Below the pieces are notes generated by a model. It worked only from the letters and a program-made list of their open reading frames with translations, was not told the origin of the DNA and did no database searches. The position numbers and the translations under genes are program-made. A DNA stretch of 64,000 bases from Malacoraja senta (taxonomy: Eukaryota). The stretch covers positions 13,268,001 to 13,332,000 of the forward strand of contig CM075989.1 of NCBI GenBank assembly GCA_038087875.1, written 5' to 3'. This document shows, piece after piece, positions 38,280-50,777 of this stretch (position 1 is its first letter; each line of letters starts with the position of its first letter).

Positions 38280-38412
38280 AACTGTTTGTAAGTGAGGATG
38301 ACCAGAAAAAATTGCATGACTTTGAAGAGCAATGTGTGGACAAATATTTCCATGAAAAAGAGGATCGGTTTCATTCAGGTAGTGAGGAACGAATTCGAGT
38401 GACTTCTGAAAG
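38280..38412 (+). CDS. TRPM7: TRPM7 exon 25 ([18 protein letters not shown]...RIRVTSE)
   Basis: tgcag|AA ... AG|gtagtg; 133 nt. Confidence 0.96.
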
Positions 38413-40561
38413 GTAGTGTCTTTTATAAAGAACTAAAATACCATATTTAGTTGTTTTAAAACTGAAGTTTTGATTCAGTTTGATCTTGTGCAGTTAACTG
38501 ACGTATCATAATCTGCAATTACTAATATTTTAGCAAATTTAGCTGCCATTAGGACAATTTAAAATCTCGTTACAGATCTAGCCCAGAATCGTGTCTGGGG
38601 TGGCCGTGACCCCATCTGGGCATCCCCTATTGGCCCTGTTGTCTCACAGGCCCTCTGGAATCCAGCAGTATGGTCTGAAAGATGGGACCTCAAGCTGCAT
38701 GGTGCAAAGGCAGTATCCCTGATGGCCAGCAATGCAGAGGATGAAGCTTTGCCAGATGTAACATTTTGCAATGATTTCAATAGGCTCTGAATGTCTCTGA
38801 TATTCATAGAAAATAAAAAGCTCTTAAAATTAAGCAGACAGAAGCAAAAAACAGTTGACAAAGCCAAAGTATATTTCCCAATAATTAAAAACCATGGAAA
38901 GGAAGCAAAATTTAAAATAACTTATTTTCCCCCTGGTCTCTATTCTTTTGTTTAACAGTCGCTATTGAAATAATTTATTCTTTGATCATGAACCAGGTAT
39001 GACCAGATCAACGAGATTCCTTCTTTCTGCCCTTCCACCGACTAGATCCCAGCATTGGATTGCATATAAAGTTAGGCAGTATAAATAGGGAGTCACGGAG
39101 TTTACACACACTTGGTAGACACAAAATGCTGGAGTAACTCAGCGGGACAGGCGGCATCTCTGGAGAGAAGGAATGGGTGACGTTTCGGGTCGAGTGTTCT
39201 GCATCTGCAGTTATTTCCTACACAGTTTGCACGCACTAGTTTGGGATGAGTTTCATTGCCTGAACGCCAACTGTTTCATTAGAACCACTGGCACAGGTAA
39301 GCATGAGCTGGCTGCTCATCTGATGGCACATATCATCCAGTACAATAATGCATTGTTGTTGAAATGTAGTTCGATTCAAACTACTTTAAAAGTTGTATCC
39401 AGTTGAAGTTTAACTTGCTGAAATAAATGGTATCTTCAACTACATACAATGAAACTGTTTGCTCAAAGCTATCGTAATGTCCCACCTGAAGGGTTCAAAA
39501 GTTGAAGCCCATAATTCAAAGATATTTTTGCTTCATAATTGATTTTTATTTACTACCTAAAAGTCCTATATCCTGTTTTGATGTTATGATTCCCATTTGG
39601 TGTTAATTTGTTGTACACACAGTTATAAGCAGCAGACATAATATTGAGAATTTAACTGGTATGATTTCCTGACACTGCAATTTGTGATTTTAATGTTGAG
39701 TAGCAATTTAAAAAAACAAGATGCTGGAGTTTATTTACCCTCTTAAATGGAACTAATCATCATATTTAGTAATATGGCATACACTTGTGGAATCCTACAA
39801 CAAGGAGATATTAAATTTTCCAGTTAGGTGCTGGGAACCTATCATCTTTGAGGTTCACCAGTGAATCATTTCCCCTTCTTACCATTGCTTGTTGAACCAG
39901 ATGACACATAGGTTTATACTTAAACATAATTTGAGCTATTGACCTTGTACCATAATTGACACAGACTCCAAGCTTCCTTCCTTTTCTTAAGTCACCTCTC
40001 TCTTATAGCCCATCTTGTGGATATAGCTATCCACTTGGCATACTCTCTGCCTCTATAAACCAACTCAAACCAGCAACATCTCTGCCCTTGCCATATCCTG
40101 CTCATCTACTGCTTGTGTCTTGTTGATACACTCAAGGTGAAGTTGTCAGTGTTTGAATTATTTGGTCATTGCCATCTTTATCTCTATGAAACCCCATCTT
40201 CACACTTCCCAGGCCTTCCATTGAAACGCCTTTGACGTTGTATAACTCGTTCTTTGTCCCACTATTATTTATGCATTCACTCACCTAGGTCCAAGGCTCT
40301 AGAATTCTATGCCTGAACTACCATCTATCACCACCCCCACCACACCATTTTACTGCTTTTAGACTCTTTAAATCCTCTTTGACCAAGCTTTGCCTCCACT
40401 TCTAACACCAGCCCTTTTGATTTGGTGTCCATTTATTAATCTTGCAAGATAATTTGGGGGAAATGGTGTCGCATAAATACAGTTTGTATATCCGAGACAT
40501 TTTGTGATCTTCATTTATTTAGTCTAGTGTGAAGTAATGAAGACTTCTCTTTTCTATTTAG

Positions 40562-41289
40562 AGTTGAAAATATGTCCATCCAATTGAAAGAAGTAGGTGA
40601 TCGAGTAAATTATATAAAGCGTTCATTGCAAACATTGGACAGTCAAATAGGGCACTTGCAGGACTTGTCAGCTCTTACAGTGGATACATTGAAAGCACTG
40701 ACTGCTCAAAAAGCTTCGGAGGCCACAGAGGTGCACAATGAAATTACTCGTGAGCTCAGCATTTCAAAAAATCTGGGAGAGAATGTTTCTGATGTCCCAC
40801 TTAAAACTTCGTTGAAGAAGCACAGCATTGGAAGATATTTTGGCTCTTCTTTTCCTCAGCGAGGGATTAACACTGGCAATTCTATCTGTACGGATGGTTT
40901 TCTTCAAGAATATGTTAACTCTTCCCCAAAGGAGGTGTGCAGAAAATTTGGTCAGGAATTACTTCCAGGTTCCCAACAAAATGAACAGAATTTTCAAGAG
41001 GCTGGTTCCTCCGGCTGTGCCTTATTACCAAAAGCAGCAGCGCTCTCTGAACTTAGGCATAGAAGCCATGTTGGCCTTGGGAAAACTCAGTCTTTGACCA
41101 ATGACCAGAAACCAGGACAGTCATTCCATAGCATACCAAATCTCTCCTCCCCATCTGCCAGATTTTTTGTTAGTACCCCATCTCAGCCAAGCGGTTCAAG
41201 CCAATTGGAGCTTGTGCCAGATTCGGTCGATTCAATTAAAACTGGTGTAGATGCTGACAGGAGTTCTGTTGAATTTGGGGCCTTTGTTG
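40562..41289 (+). CDS. TRPM7: TRPM7 exon 26, coiled coil and Ser/Thr-rich linker ([15 protein letters not shown]...[10 protein letters not shown]...VEFGAFV)
   Basis: tttag|A ... GTTG|gtaagt at the conserved EFGAFVG boundary; 728 nt. Confidence 0.93.
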
Positions 41290-41960
41290 GTAAGTATAGT
41301 GAAGTTGTTTGTGCTTTACCTGAAGAAATTTGCTACTGCCCTTCTCATCCTGCTTGCAGCTTCTGTTGCAGTAATCGTACTACACCTTGCTATGAGACTG
41401 AAGGATATCTTAATCATGCATTCATTGATACTGAGAGTAGCACAGACACTGATATTAATGACCGAAGCACTGAATGTAACCCAAGTGCCATGCACTACTT
41501 TGAGAACCAATTCGAAAAGAATGGACCTCTGCAAACAGGCGAGTTGACTTCAGCCACCATATCCAGTAAAGAGACCCATGAAAAATACAGAAAAGAGCAA
41601 AGAAATTTGGACGATTGCTTCATGCAGGCTATCGAATTGCAAAGTCAACATATCAATATTGGGAACTGTTCAGGACATCTGAGTGACCTGTGGAACAAAA
41701 CCCAATTTAGAGGTTTGAGCTCCTGTACCACTGTAACTTTACGGGACTTCTGCTGGTTGCAGGTGACTTCACTGTTGGTGCACTGCTTGGGACACTCCTT
41801 GGTTTTATTGTCCTTTTTCCTATATTTATGTTGCTTGAGTAAGGCACTACTGTTCCATTCTGTTTTACCCAGTTCAGTAACACTTCCACATCCTCTTAAA
41901 TGTCTCAGATTTGTACCTCAAACCCATGCTTGCTTTTAGCAATTCTGAATGTTTCCTTCC

Positions 41961-42450
41961 TTCAAAGTTTCAAAGATCAGTTTATTGTCACACGTACCAA
42001 TTAAGGTACAGTGAAACTCAAATTACCATACAGCCATACTATAAAAAAAAAGCAACAAGACACCCAACTACATAAAAGTTAACTTAAACATCCACCACAG
42101 TGGATTCCTCACTGATGGAAGGCAATAAAGTCCAATCTTCTTCCTCTTTATTCTCCCGTGGTCGGGCAATGGAACTATCTGCAGTCGGGGCGAACAAAGC
42201 TCCCGCGTCGGGCGGTCGAAGCTCCTGCGACTTGGAGCTCCCGAAGTCAGTCTCTAACCAGAGAATGCGAGCTCCACGATGGTAAGTCCTGCAGGCTCCC
42301 ATGGTTGGAGCTCCCGAAGTTGGTCTCCAGCAAGAGGCCGCCAACTCCTCGATGTTAGGCCGCAGTGCAGACGGAGATACGATACAGATAAAAATTGCAT
42401 CTCCGTCGGGGTAAGAGATTTTAAAAGGTTCCCCTCCCCCATCCCCCACC
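41961..42450 (-). mobile_element. Non-autonomous retroposon with GC-rich body and Rex/L2-like tail
   Basis: Tail shared with 20209-20351; internal ggagctcccgaagt repeats. Confidence 0.65.
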
Positions 42451-42817
42451 TGGCCCTAGATTTGACATCTGAATGGTTTCCATAAGATAGAATTGATAAG
42501 ACCTTTGCTTGGTCTTGAATTAAAAATCAATTACTTTAATTAGAAAGGGTATACGGATTGAAGCATGCAAATTTACAACATTAAATTTAAAACTAATTGT
42601 AAAAAATATTTTATATCAAAAAAGTGTTTGCTATTTTAAGTATCAATTTCCATTTACTTTGCAATCAATTGTACCTGTGGTGGTAGGGATTAGGCGTGCG
42701 AGGTCAGATCGGAAACGTTTCAAATTTGCATGTATTTTACTAACATTTTCTTTTGTATTGTCAGTTTATTAGCAACCATAAAATAAATTCTGTTCATCTA
42801 AAATGTAAATATTTCAG

Positions 42818-42912
42818 GCCACAAAGATGTATTGGAGCTGCCAAAGTTAGGAACTGGAGGAGTGCTGAAATTCAAAGACCAGAAAATAACTGTGGGAGCC
42901 ATTCATGATTTG
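42818..42912 (+). CDS. TRPM7: TRPM7 exon 27 (HKDVLELPKLG...AIHDL)
   Basis: ttcag|GC CAC AAA GAT (cf. mammalian HRD); donor TTG|gtacac is weak, but phase 0 matches exon 28. Confidence 0.75.
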
Positions 42913-43022
42913 GTACACTGATTTGTACTTCCTTTTCTCACTCTCCTCCCCACACTCCTCAGACACTCTACTTTTTGTATTGAGGTTCATTGAATGTTAT
43001 TAATATCTCCTTTCTTTATTAG

Positions 43023-43131
43023 GGTGCCCACCATGGTGACTATCATTTGAGGACAGTGAATTCTTATGCTGGATTTGCGGAGTTTCATGGCAGTCAGTTA
43101 ACTTCTACTGCGTCTGCTCAAGCATTCTCTT
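43023..43131 (+). CDS. TRPM7: TRPM7 exon 28 (GAHHGDYHLRTVNSYAGFAEF...AFS)
   Basis: attag|GGT ... T|gtaagt; resembles mammalian LKRVSSLAGF. Confidence 0.85.
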
Positions 43132-43427
43132 GTAAGTTATTGTTACAGATATTGTAGCAACATTTAAGAGAAAAATAAGACCTACAAAAACATGCAGGGA
43201 AGAGAAGGTATATGGGCTGTAAGCAGGCAGATCTGATTAGTTCACATTGGCATAATTTCCACGATGGGCCGATGAGCCTTTTCCTGTGCTGTACTATTAT
43301 GTTCCAAGTCCCAGTTGGTTAGACTTTACAACATTTGTTTTTCTTCATATCCCCTCTAAACGTCTTACTTGCTTTGAACTTAGGCCTTCTGGTCTTAGAT
43401 ACCCGTGCCATGGGGAATAGTTTCATA

Positions 43428-45042
43428 AGTGCCCTCCATAATGTTTGGGACAAAGACCCATCATTTATTTGCCTCTGTACTCCACAATTTGACATTTGTA
43501 CTAGAAAAAATCACGTGGTTAAAGTGCACGTTGTCAGATTTAAAGGCCATATTTATACATTTTGGTTTCACCATGTAGAAATGACAGCAGTGTTTATACA
43601 TAGTCACCCCATTTCAGGGCACCATAATGTTTGGGACACAGCAATGTCGTAAATGAAAGTAGTCATGTTTAGTATTTTGTTGCATATTCTTTGCATGCAA
43701 TGACTGCTTGAAGTCTGCGATTCATGGACATCACCAGTTGCTGGGTATCTTCTCTGGTGATGCTCTGCCAGGCCTGTATTGCAGCAATCTTTAGCTTATG
43801 CTTGCTTTGGGGGCTAGTCTCCTTCAGTGTTCCCTTCAGCATATAAAAGGCATGCTCAATTGGGTTCTGATTGGGCGATTGACTTGGCCACTCAAGAATG
43901 GACCATTTTTTAGCTCCTTTGTTGCTTCAGCAGTATGTTTTGGATCATTGTCTTGCTGTAGAATGAACCGCCAGTCAATGAGTTTTGAGGCATTTGTTTG
44001 AACTTGAGCAGATAGGATGTGTCTATACACTTCAGAATTCATTATTCTACTATCATCAGCAGTTGTATCATCAATGAAGATAAGTGAGCCAGTACCTTCA
44101 GCAGCCATACAGGCTCATGCCATAACACCCCCACCACCGTGTTTCACAGATGAGGTGGTATGCTTTGGATCTTGGGCAGTTCCTTCTCTCTTCCATACTT
44201 TGCTCTTGCCATCCCTCCGATATAAGTTAATCTTCGTCTCATCTGTCCAAAAGACCTTTTTCCAGAACTGTGGTTGCTCTTTTAAGTACTTCTTGGCAAA
44301 CTGTAACCTGGCCATCCTATTTTTGCGGATAACCAGTGGTTTGCATCTTGCAGTGTAGCCTCTGTATTTCTGTTCATAATGTCTTCTGCGGACAATGGTC
44401 ATTGACAAATCCACACCTGACTCCTGAAGAGTGTTTCTGATCTGTCGGACAGGTGTTTGGGGATTTTTCTTTATTATAGAGAGAATTCTTCTGTCATCAG
44501 CTGTGGAGGTCTTCCTTGGTCTGCCAGTCCTTTTGTGATTAGTAAGCTCTTTCTTCTTAATGATGTTCCAAACATTTTGGTAAGCCTAAGGTTTGGCTGA
44601 TGTCTCCAGTAAGTTTTATTCTTGTTTCTCAGTCTCATAATGGCTTCTTGGACTTTCATTGGCAGAACTTTGGTCCTCATGTTGATAAACAGCAATAAAA
44701 GTTTCCAAAGGTGATGGAAAGACTGGAGGAAAGATTAGGTGCTGAGAGCTTTCTTATACCTGCATTAAGGAGGCAATTAAACACACCTGAGCAATTACAA
44801 ACACCTGTGAAGCCATATGTCCCAAACATTATGGTGCCCTGAAATAGGGGGACTATGCATAAATACTGCTGAATGGTGAAATGGTGAAACCAAAATGTAT
44901 AACAAATACCCTTCAATAAAATCTGACAATGTGCACTTTAACCACATGTGATTTTTTTTTCTATTACAAATCTCAAATTCTGCAGTACAGAGGTAAATAA
45001 ATAAATGATAGGTCTTTGTCCCAAACATTACGGAGGGCACTG
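43428..45042 (-). mobile_element. Tc1 transposon (IR/DR type), near full length, transposase disrupted
   Basis: ~210-bp TIRs starting cagtgccctcc with inner ccataatgtttgggaca repeats; TA flanks; minus frames WTDETKINL, VKHGGGGVM, FILQQDNDPKHT. Confidence 0.93.
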
Positions 45043-45900
45043 TAGTATCTCTCATTAGAACCCCTCTGTCTGCTCTTCTCCAATACAAGCCCAGGCAACA
45101 TTTGGCTGATTCTCCTCTGCGCGCTCTCCAGTGCGCTCACACATTTCTCTTGCTCTATGCACAGATTCCCTCTACGGAGGCTAAGGGGCTCCACTCCCCT
45201 GGTTACCCTTAAGGCATTTATAAAATACCATGGGAGTTTGTTTAATATTATCTGCCAGTGATATTTCAAGACCCTTCTTTGCCCTCCTAATTTTTGTGTA
45301 AGCATTCCCACTACACTCTATGCTCCTGTAGGGTCTCCGTCTATGTGCTTCCCTCTTTTTTTATTTTTCAAACTCTTTATTACTTAACATCCATGATTCC
45401 CTGCATTTGCCTTTATTAACCATAATCTTTACTGGAACATGTTGACCCTGAACTTTCTTTTTTATTTGTAAATGACTCTCAGTTCCCCAGTGTGTATTTA
45501 CCTGCATTTAACTTCAACCTGTCTGTGTTTGCCAGGTCTTGTCCATTGATATTGAAGTTGACCTTGCCCCAATTTAGACAATCCCTTTCCATAACTACTT
45601 TGGAACTTAATGTTGTCACTATTTCAAAAGTGCACACCCATTTACCCTGCTTCAATCTCTGGGATCAGATCTAGCACTTCCCCATCCCTAGTAGGACTAT
45701 ATTTGTAACGTCATTGAATTGTTTTGACATTAGGAACTTTACTGGCAAGTGATGTATTTGGATATATCCCAATGTATTTGTACAATGGTCTTCCACTTCC
45801 TGGCAGCAATCAAATATGAGGAAATACTTAAAACAGCATTGAAGCCTTTCTGATATAGTCTTTACAGCAATGACTTTAATGTGTTTCTTTTGTTTACCAG

Positions 45901-45986
45901 TACAAGGCAGGGGTGGTAAAGACAGGACCAGGGCCTCAGCTGAAGATGTAACATTCTACCGAGAGAATTCAAAAGCTTCTCTACTG
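45901..45986 (+). CDS. TRPM7: TRPM7 exon 29 (QGRGGKDRTRASAEDVTFYRENSKASLL)
   Basis: accag|TA ... CTG|gtcagt; resembles RRPSTED...DSKAAL. Confidence 0.85.
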
Positions 45987-46522
45987 GTCAGTTTGATTGC
46001 TATGCTTGTTATCAAATAATGTTGGTGATGTAATATTAATTTTGAAAAATAAACATTTTAAACTGTGTTCATGGGTGGTTTAAAAATAGCATTTAAACAC
46101 AGTGGGTCTGTGATTTTATAATGTGGCACACAAGTCTCCTCTATTTGATGCACGTTTTGAATCCTTGTGTTTTTATTGGGCCTTTCTTAGACCGATGCCA
46201 TCTATTTTAATTGTTCTCCATCAATACACAAGCTGATGATAAGAATAAAAAAATTGAAGATGCTGGAAATTAAAAAATGCATGGAAACAATTCATAGCTC
46301 AGGCAGAAACTGACAAGGAAGTGGTTAACATTTCAACAGGCCTAGAAGGGTCATACGACGAAGAGTCTTTGTTAAAACTTTAATGCAGTTTCGCTTTGGA
46401 TACTGCTTAACCTGTTTTCATGATGATGAATTCTAGATGTTATCTGAAATTGCTCCTCTTTGTACAAAAGGGAAAACCAGTCTGACTGTCCATCATTTCC
46501 ATGTTGCTCATGAATTTATATA

Positions 46523-46600
46523 CCGTATTTCCTGGCAATGAAGATGCTATTTTCTACCCAAAAATAAGGCACAAAAATGTACCTGCGTCTTGGAGGCTGA
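46523..46600. mobile_element. Probable pogo/Tc2-type terminal fragment
   Basis: ta|ccgtatttcctggcaatgaagatgc...gcgtctt terminus; no matching right end seen. Confidence 0.4.
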
Positions 46601-47059
46601 AGGTTAGGTTGTTAGCCAAGAAAGATAGCCAAGTCTATCCCTCATTGCTGGCAGCTGATGGGAAGCGGCTGTAAAAGGACAGCACCGGTTGGGGGGGGGA
46701 AGAGTTCATTTCACAGGGTGTGGGGAATCTGCAACTAGCTTGGCTTATATAGTCAACAGGTCTTTTGTCTTTCACATATCTCCATTCTGTCTGTTCTGCT
46801 TGGCATAATGTTATACTAAATACAACACACTAATTACCATGAGCATTACTACAAAGACTGCTGCAATCCGGTAACGTTCAATAAAAGGATGTTACTTCAT
46901 TCTGGTTGCATGCTGCCAAAACTTGCTTGCTAAATTGTGTAATCTCTACCTGACTTGTTTAATAAAGCAAATATTTGTTTTGCTACAACATGGTTTTGAC
47001 CAACTGTGTTAACTTCCCAAATTCATACAAAGTCCTCCAGTCATTCAAATTGTATCATA

Positions 47060-47630
47060 TCAATGAAGGGAGATAAATAAAAGATCATTTTGGTATGACA
47101 AGCCAGGGTAGGATTTGCACAGTAAATGATAGGGCAGTGTTATAGTTCAGAAATAACTTTAATGGTGCATTGAAGTGGGAATGCAAGTAGACAGACAGGG
47201 TAGTAAAGAAGTTGTTGGGCATGCTAGTCTTCATTGGTCAGTGCATTGTGTACAGGGGTTAGGATGTCATGGTTCAGCTTCACAAGACATAGGCAAGCCA
47301 CATATGGAGTACTGTGTACAGTTTTGGTCGCCCTGCTGCAGGAAGGATGTCATTAAACTGGAAAGAGCGCAAAAAAAGATTTACGAGGATGTTAATCAAG
47401 TCTGAAGGATTCGAGTTGTCAGTCGAGTCTTTTTTCCCTGGAATGCAGGAGACTGAAGGTTGGCCTTTATTGAGGTGTATAAAATCTTGAGGAACAGTTT
47501 TTTCCCTAGGGTAGGGGAGTCAAAAGGAGCATAGGTTTAAGGTGAGAGGGTAAAACTTTAAAAGTGACCTGAGGAGCAATTTCTTCACACAGAAGGTGGT
47601 GGGTATATGGAACAAGCTGCCAGAAAAAGT
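47060..47630 (+). mobile_element. Degenerate CR1 3' fragment
   Basis: KPHMEYCVQFWSPCCRKDVIKLERAQ. Confidence 0.85.
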
Positions 47631-48357
47631 AATAAGAGTCAAATACATTCTTGCAAACTTTGTAAGCCTCTGCTCTCCTCTCTGACTTTCTTTGAAGCAT
47701 TCATTTTTTCATGTATCGTGCCTCTTTTTGACTGCTATTTTCAGTCCAAAACAAGGAGCAAGATCCTAAACTGGGCTGAGATTTACTGGAAATTCCTCCT
47801 TCCTCTTGATGGGAAAGTGTTAATTTACAATAAGATGCCCTCAGTGTTAATTTATCTTCACTTACAAATGAGCAAATTTTGTTCAAGAAAATTTTGAATA
47901 ATTGACAAATCTGTTTTGAGTATCCATCATAAATGACATTACATTCAGGATGAGCTTTACTGAAATGATTTGTTTGTTTCCAAAACAGATCCTTAAGGGG
48001 ACTAGAATTAATAACAGGATAACTCGGGTCAGGTACCATTGGCAAAGGAAAAAAAATGGTTATCACTTATCAGATATTCATTAGAACTGAAAAATGAAAT
48101 GAACAGACTTTAAGTAAAAGTAGTAATTTCCAGGTAAAGAACGTGATAAGGTTGTAGCCTAATTCCATTCCAGGAAGAACTATTTACATTAAATTCCTCC
48201 TGATTTTAAATCTTGTAATCTACAAGCTAGAGCATAAACTAACTTTATACCAAACACTGGATGTGCACACAGCCTGAGAACAATGTCATTAAAGCATATT
48301 GTACATTATGTTTATCAATGTGTTCATGTGCACCATCATTTTTCCATTTTGCTTTAG

Positions 48358-48398
48358 GGTCGTCTGGAAGATAAATCTGTTGCATCCAGTAGTCAAAT
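48358..48398 (+). CDS. TRPM7: TRPM7 exon 30 (GRLEDKSVASSSQM)
   Basis: tttag|GGT ... AT|gtaagt; 41 nt; phases 0/2 fit the neighbours. Confidence 0.75.
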
Positions 48399-48534
48399 GT
48401 AAGTGGATAGAATTTAATAGATTCCTAGAAATTAAGGCATGGTTATTGGAGATAAATCACTCATTGAATCACGGCTGGGCAGTTTCCTTGACCCAACTGT
48501 GTTCAGCTTCTTCATCAATAATCTTCCTTCCATC

Positions 48535-48995
48535 TTAAGGTCAGAGGTGAGCATGTTGGTGATGACTGCACAAATTTCTATTCCATTAGAAATGCTATAA
48601 ACGGGAAAGGGCACAAAATAGATTTAAGAGGATGTTACTGGGGCTGGAGAGTTCGAGTTATCAGGAGAGTCTGGATAGGGTGTGTTTTTTTCCCCCCTGA
48701 AAAGTAAGAAGCTGGGCTGTGATCTTATAGACGTATATAATATGAGGGACAGCCTTTTCCCATGGCAGGGGAGTCGCAACCTAGCAGGTTTTAAAGTGAG
48801 AGGCGAGAGCTTTAAAAGGGAATGGTGGGGCAATTTCTTCATTCAGAAGATGATGGGTTTGGACAATAAGCTGCCAGAGGAAGTGGAAGAGGTGGGTACA
48901 GTTACAATATTGAAAAGACACTTAGACAAGTACCTAAATAGGAAAGGTTTGGAGGGATATGGTCCAGGTGCAGACCAGTGGGCAGTGAGTGTCTT
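48535..48995 (+). mobile_element. Degenerate CR1 3' fragment
   Basis: NFFIQKMMGLDNKLPEEV...LKRHLDKYL. Confidence 0.8.
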
Positions 48996-49740
48996 CATGG
49001 AGAATTGGTATTTGTATTCGTTTATTATTGTCATGTAAACTAAAATTGAATGAAAAACTTTGTGTTATCCAGGCAGGTCATACTGTACCCAAATGCAATA
49101 GGTTGTGCAAAAGAGAAAATAAACGACCCAGAATATAGTTTTGCAGCTACAGAAAAAGTGCAGATAAACAAAAAGTGTGAATAGTGCACCGAGGTAGATT
49201 GGAAGGTTATGACTGCATCCAGGAAGCCTCACGGGAGTTGAAGGATGTGGGAGAAAGGTTGTTGCTGAAAACGAGACAACAAAAATCCTGAGAGCTGGCA
49301 TAAATTTGGTTGTTCCATATGATCTTCTATTTCATAAGAAAATGTGAAAATATAATAGGGAATAAAATTACATGAATATAATGAAGTTAAATCAGTTTCT
49401 ATTTCTGGTCATTGCTACTTTGGATGACAAATGTTATATTTACATTAATAGATCTTAATGTTATTAATCTATTATTGATAGTCTGTGAACCGACTGTCCC
49501 AAATATTCATGTCATCAGAGCAGTATTAGGTCATTCAGCCCTTCAATTCAGTCATGGCTGATCTATATTTCTCTCATTAAACCCTGCATAAGCACAACAC
49601 AGATTTAGCTAATTATGAATTATGAAAACTTATTTGGTAAAGTTTTCTACATGTTTAAATAATTTACTTGGCATGTAAGTAATTGATTCTAGTTTTAAAT
49701 CTTTTTGATCAATTGTGAATTGTTTAATTTTTCATTTCAG

Positions 49741-49766
49741 GGCTGCTGGTGAAGATGCCTTAAGTG
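49741..49766 (+). CDS. TRPM7: TRPM7 exon 31 microexon (AAGEDALS)
   Basis: ttcag|G ... G|gtaaga; 26 nt; phases 2/1 fit the neighbours. Confidence 0.75.
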
Positions 49767-50777
49767 GTAAGACTTGAATTCAACATGTGCTAATTGAATC
49801 TCCATAATACTTATATTTTATTGAAATCATTTGATTTTAAAGAAGCTGTCTCAAAATGTAACTCTACTGTTGTAGTGAGCACCAGTGCTTTGTTCCAGCT
49901 TTCTCAGCTTTGTGATTATGCAATGATAGGACTTTTATTTAGTAATCTTGGCTTGTTTTGTGTCCAAGCTATTTTGTATTCATACACCATGCGTTTAACA
50001 TTGCTAAACTGACAACTTTTTTACCTTTATGGAGCTTTAGTTAGTGTTTTGGAAAATAATGCAGTGCCTTGTGCGAATAATCAAAATCTGGTTATAAAAC
50101 CTAATCCCAATAAACCTTTGATAATTAAAATGCTTTCACTTTTTTCAGATCCTGTTAAGTTTGCTATGCTGCAAGGACATAATTGGATTTATTTCTCCGT
50201 ATACACTAATCCTTTTCTTTCACTAGCTTCACATAATGCGTTTACTTGCTTTCTGCTTAGCTAACTTTCCCTATGTAGACAAAGTATTATTACATACTTC
50301 GAACTGATTATTTATCAGGTATTTATTTAAATGCTCCGTACTTTATTGTGTATTGCATATCTTAAATGTTAATTAAAAACCGGATAATTGAAGTACACAG
50401 CAAGTTGGGCAACAGTATTCTCAGTATTTAAAATCTTTCTTGGGTGTTGGAAAATACTTGTGCCACTCGAAGAAGAGCAGACCAACTGAGAAATTGTCAG
50501 CTTTCCAGCAAGATGCCTGAAATCAGTGGTTGGCGCAGTCCCGTTAATGATGGTCATAGTTGTTAACTCCGGCCTCCATTATTCTGGAAAAATGGCAGCT
50601 TGTGTGAACATGTTTATTCTGCAGTCGTCCTGAAATACATACTGATGTGCATGAAGAATATGATTTTGTGAAGTGATTGACTTTAATGCTGTTTGGAATT
50701 CTGATGTGTTCCAAACCCATCTATGTTTTGGCTTTGTGTAGGGAGAGTTTAAGGGTCTTGATCTCCATCTTTTTCAG

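Noticed and set aside
50141-50264. Strong acceptor tttttcag|ATCCT as another cassette exon
   Set aside because: No convincing frame-preserving donor before the stop at 50262-50264
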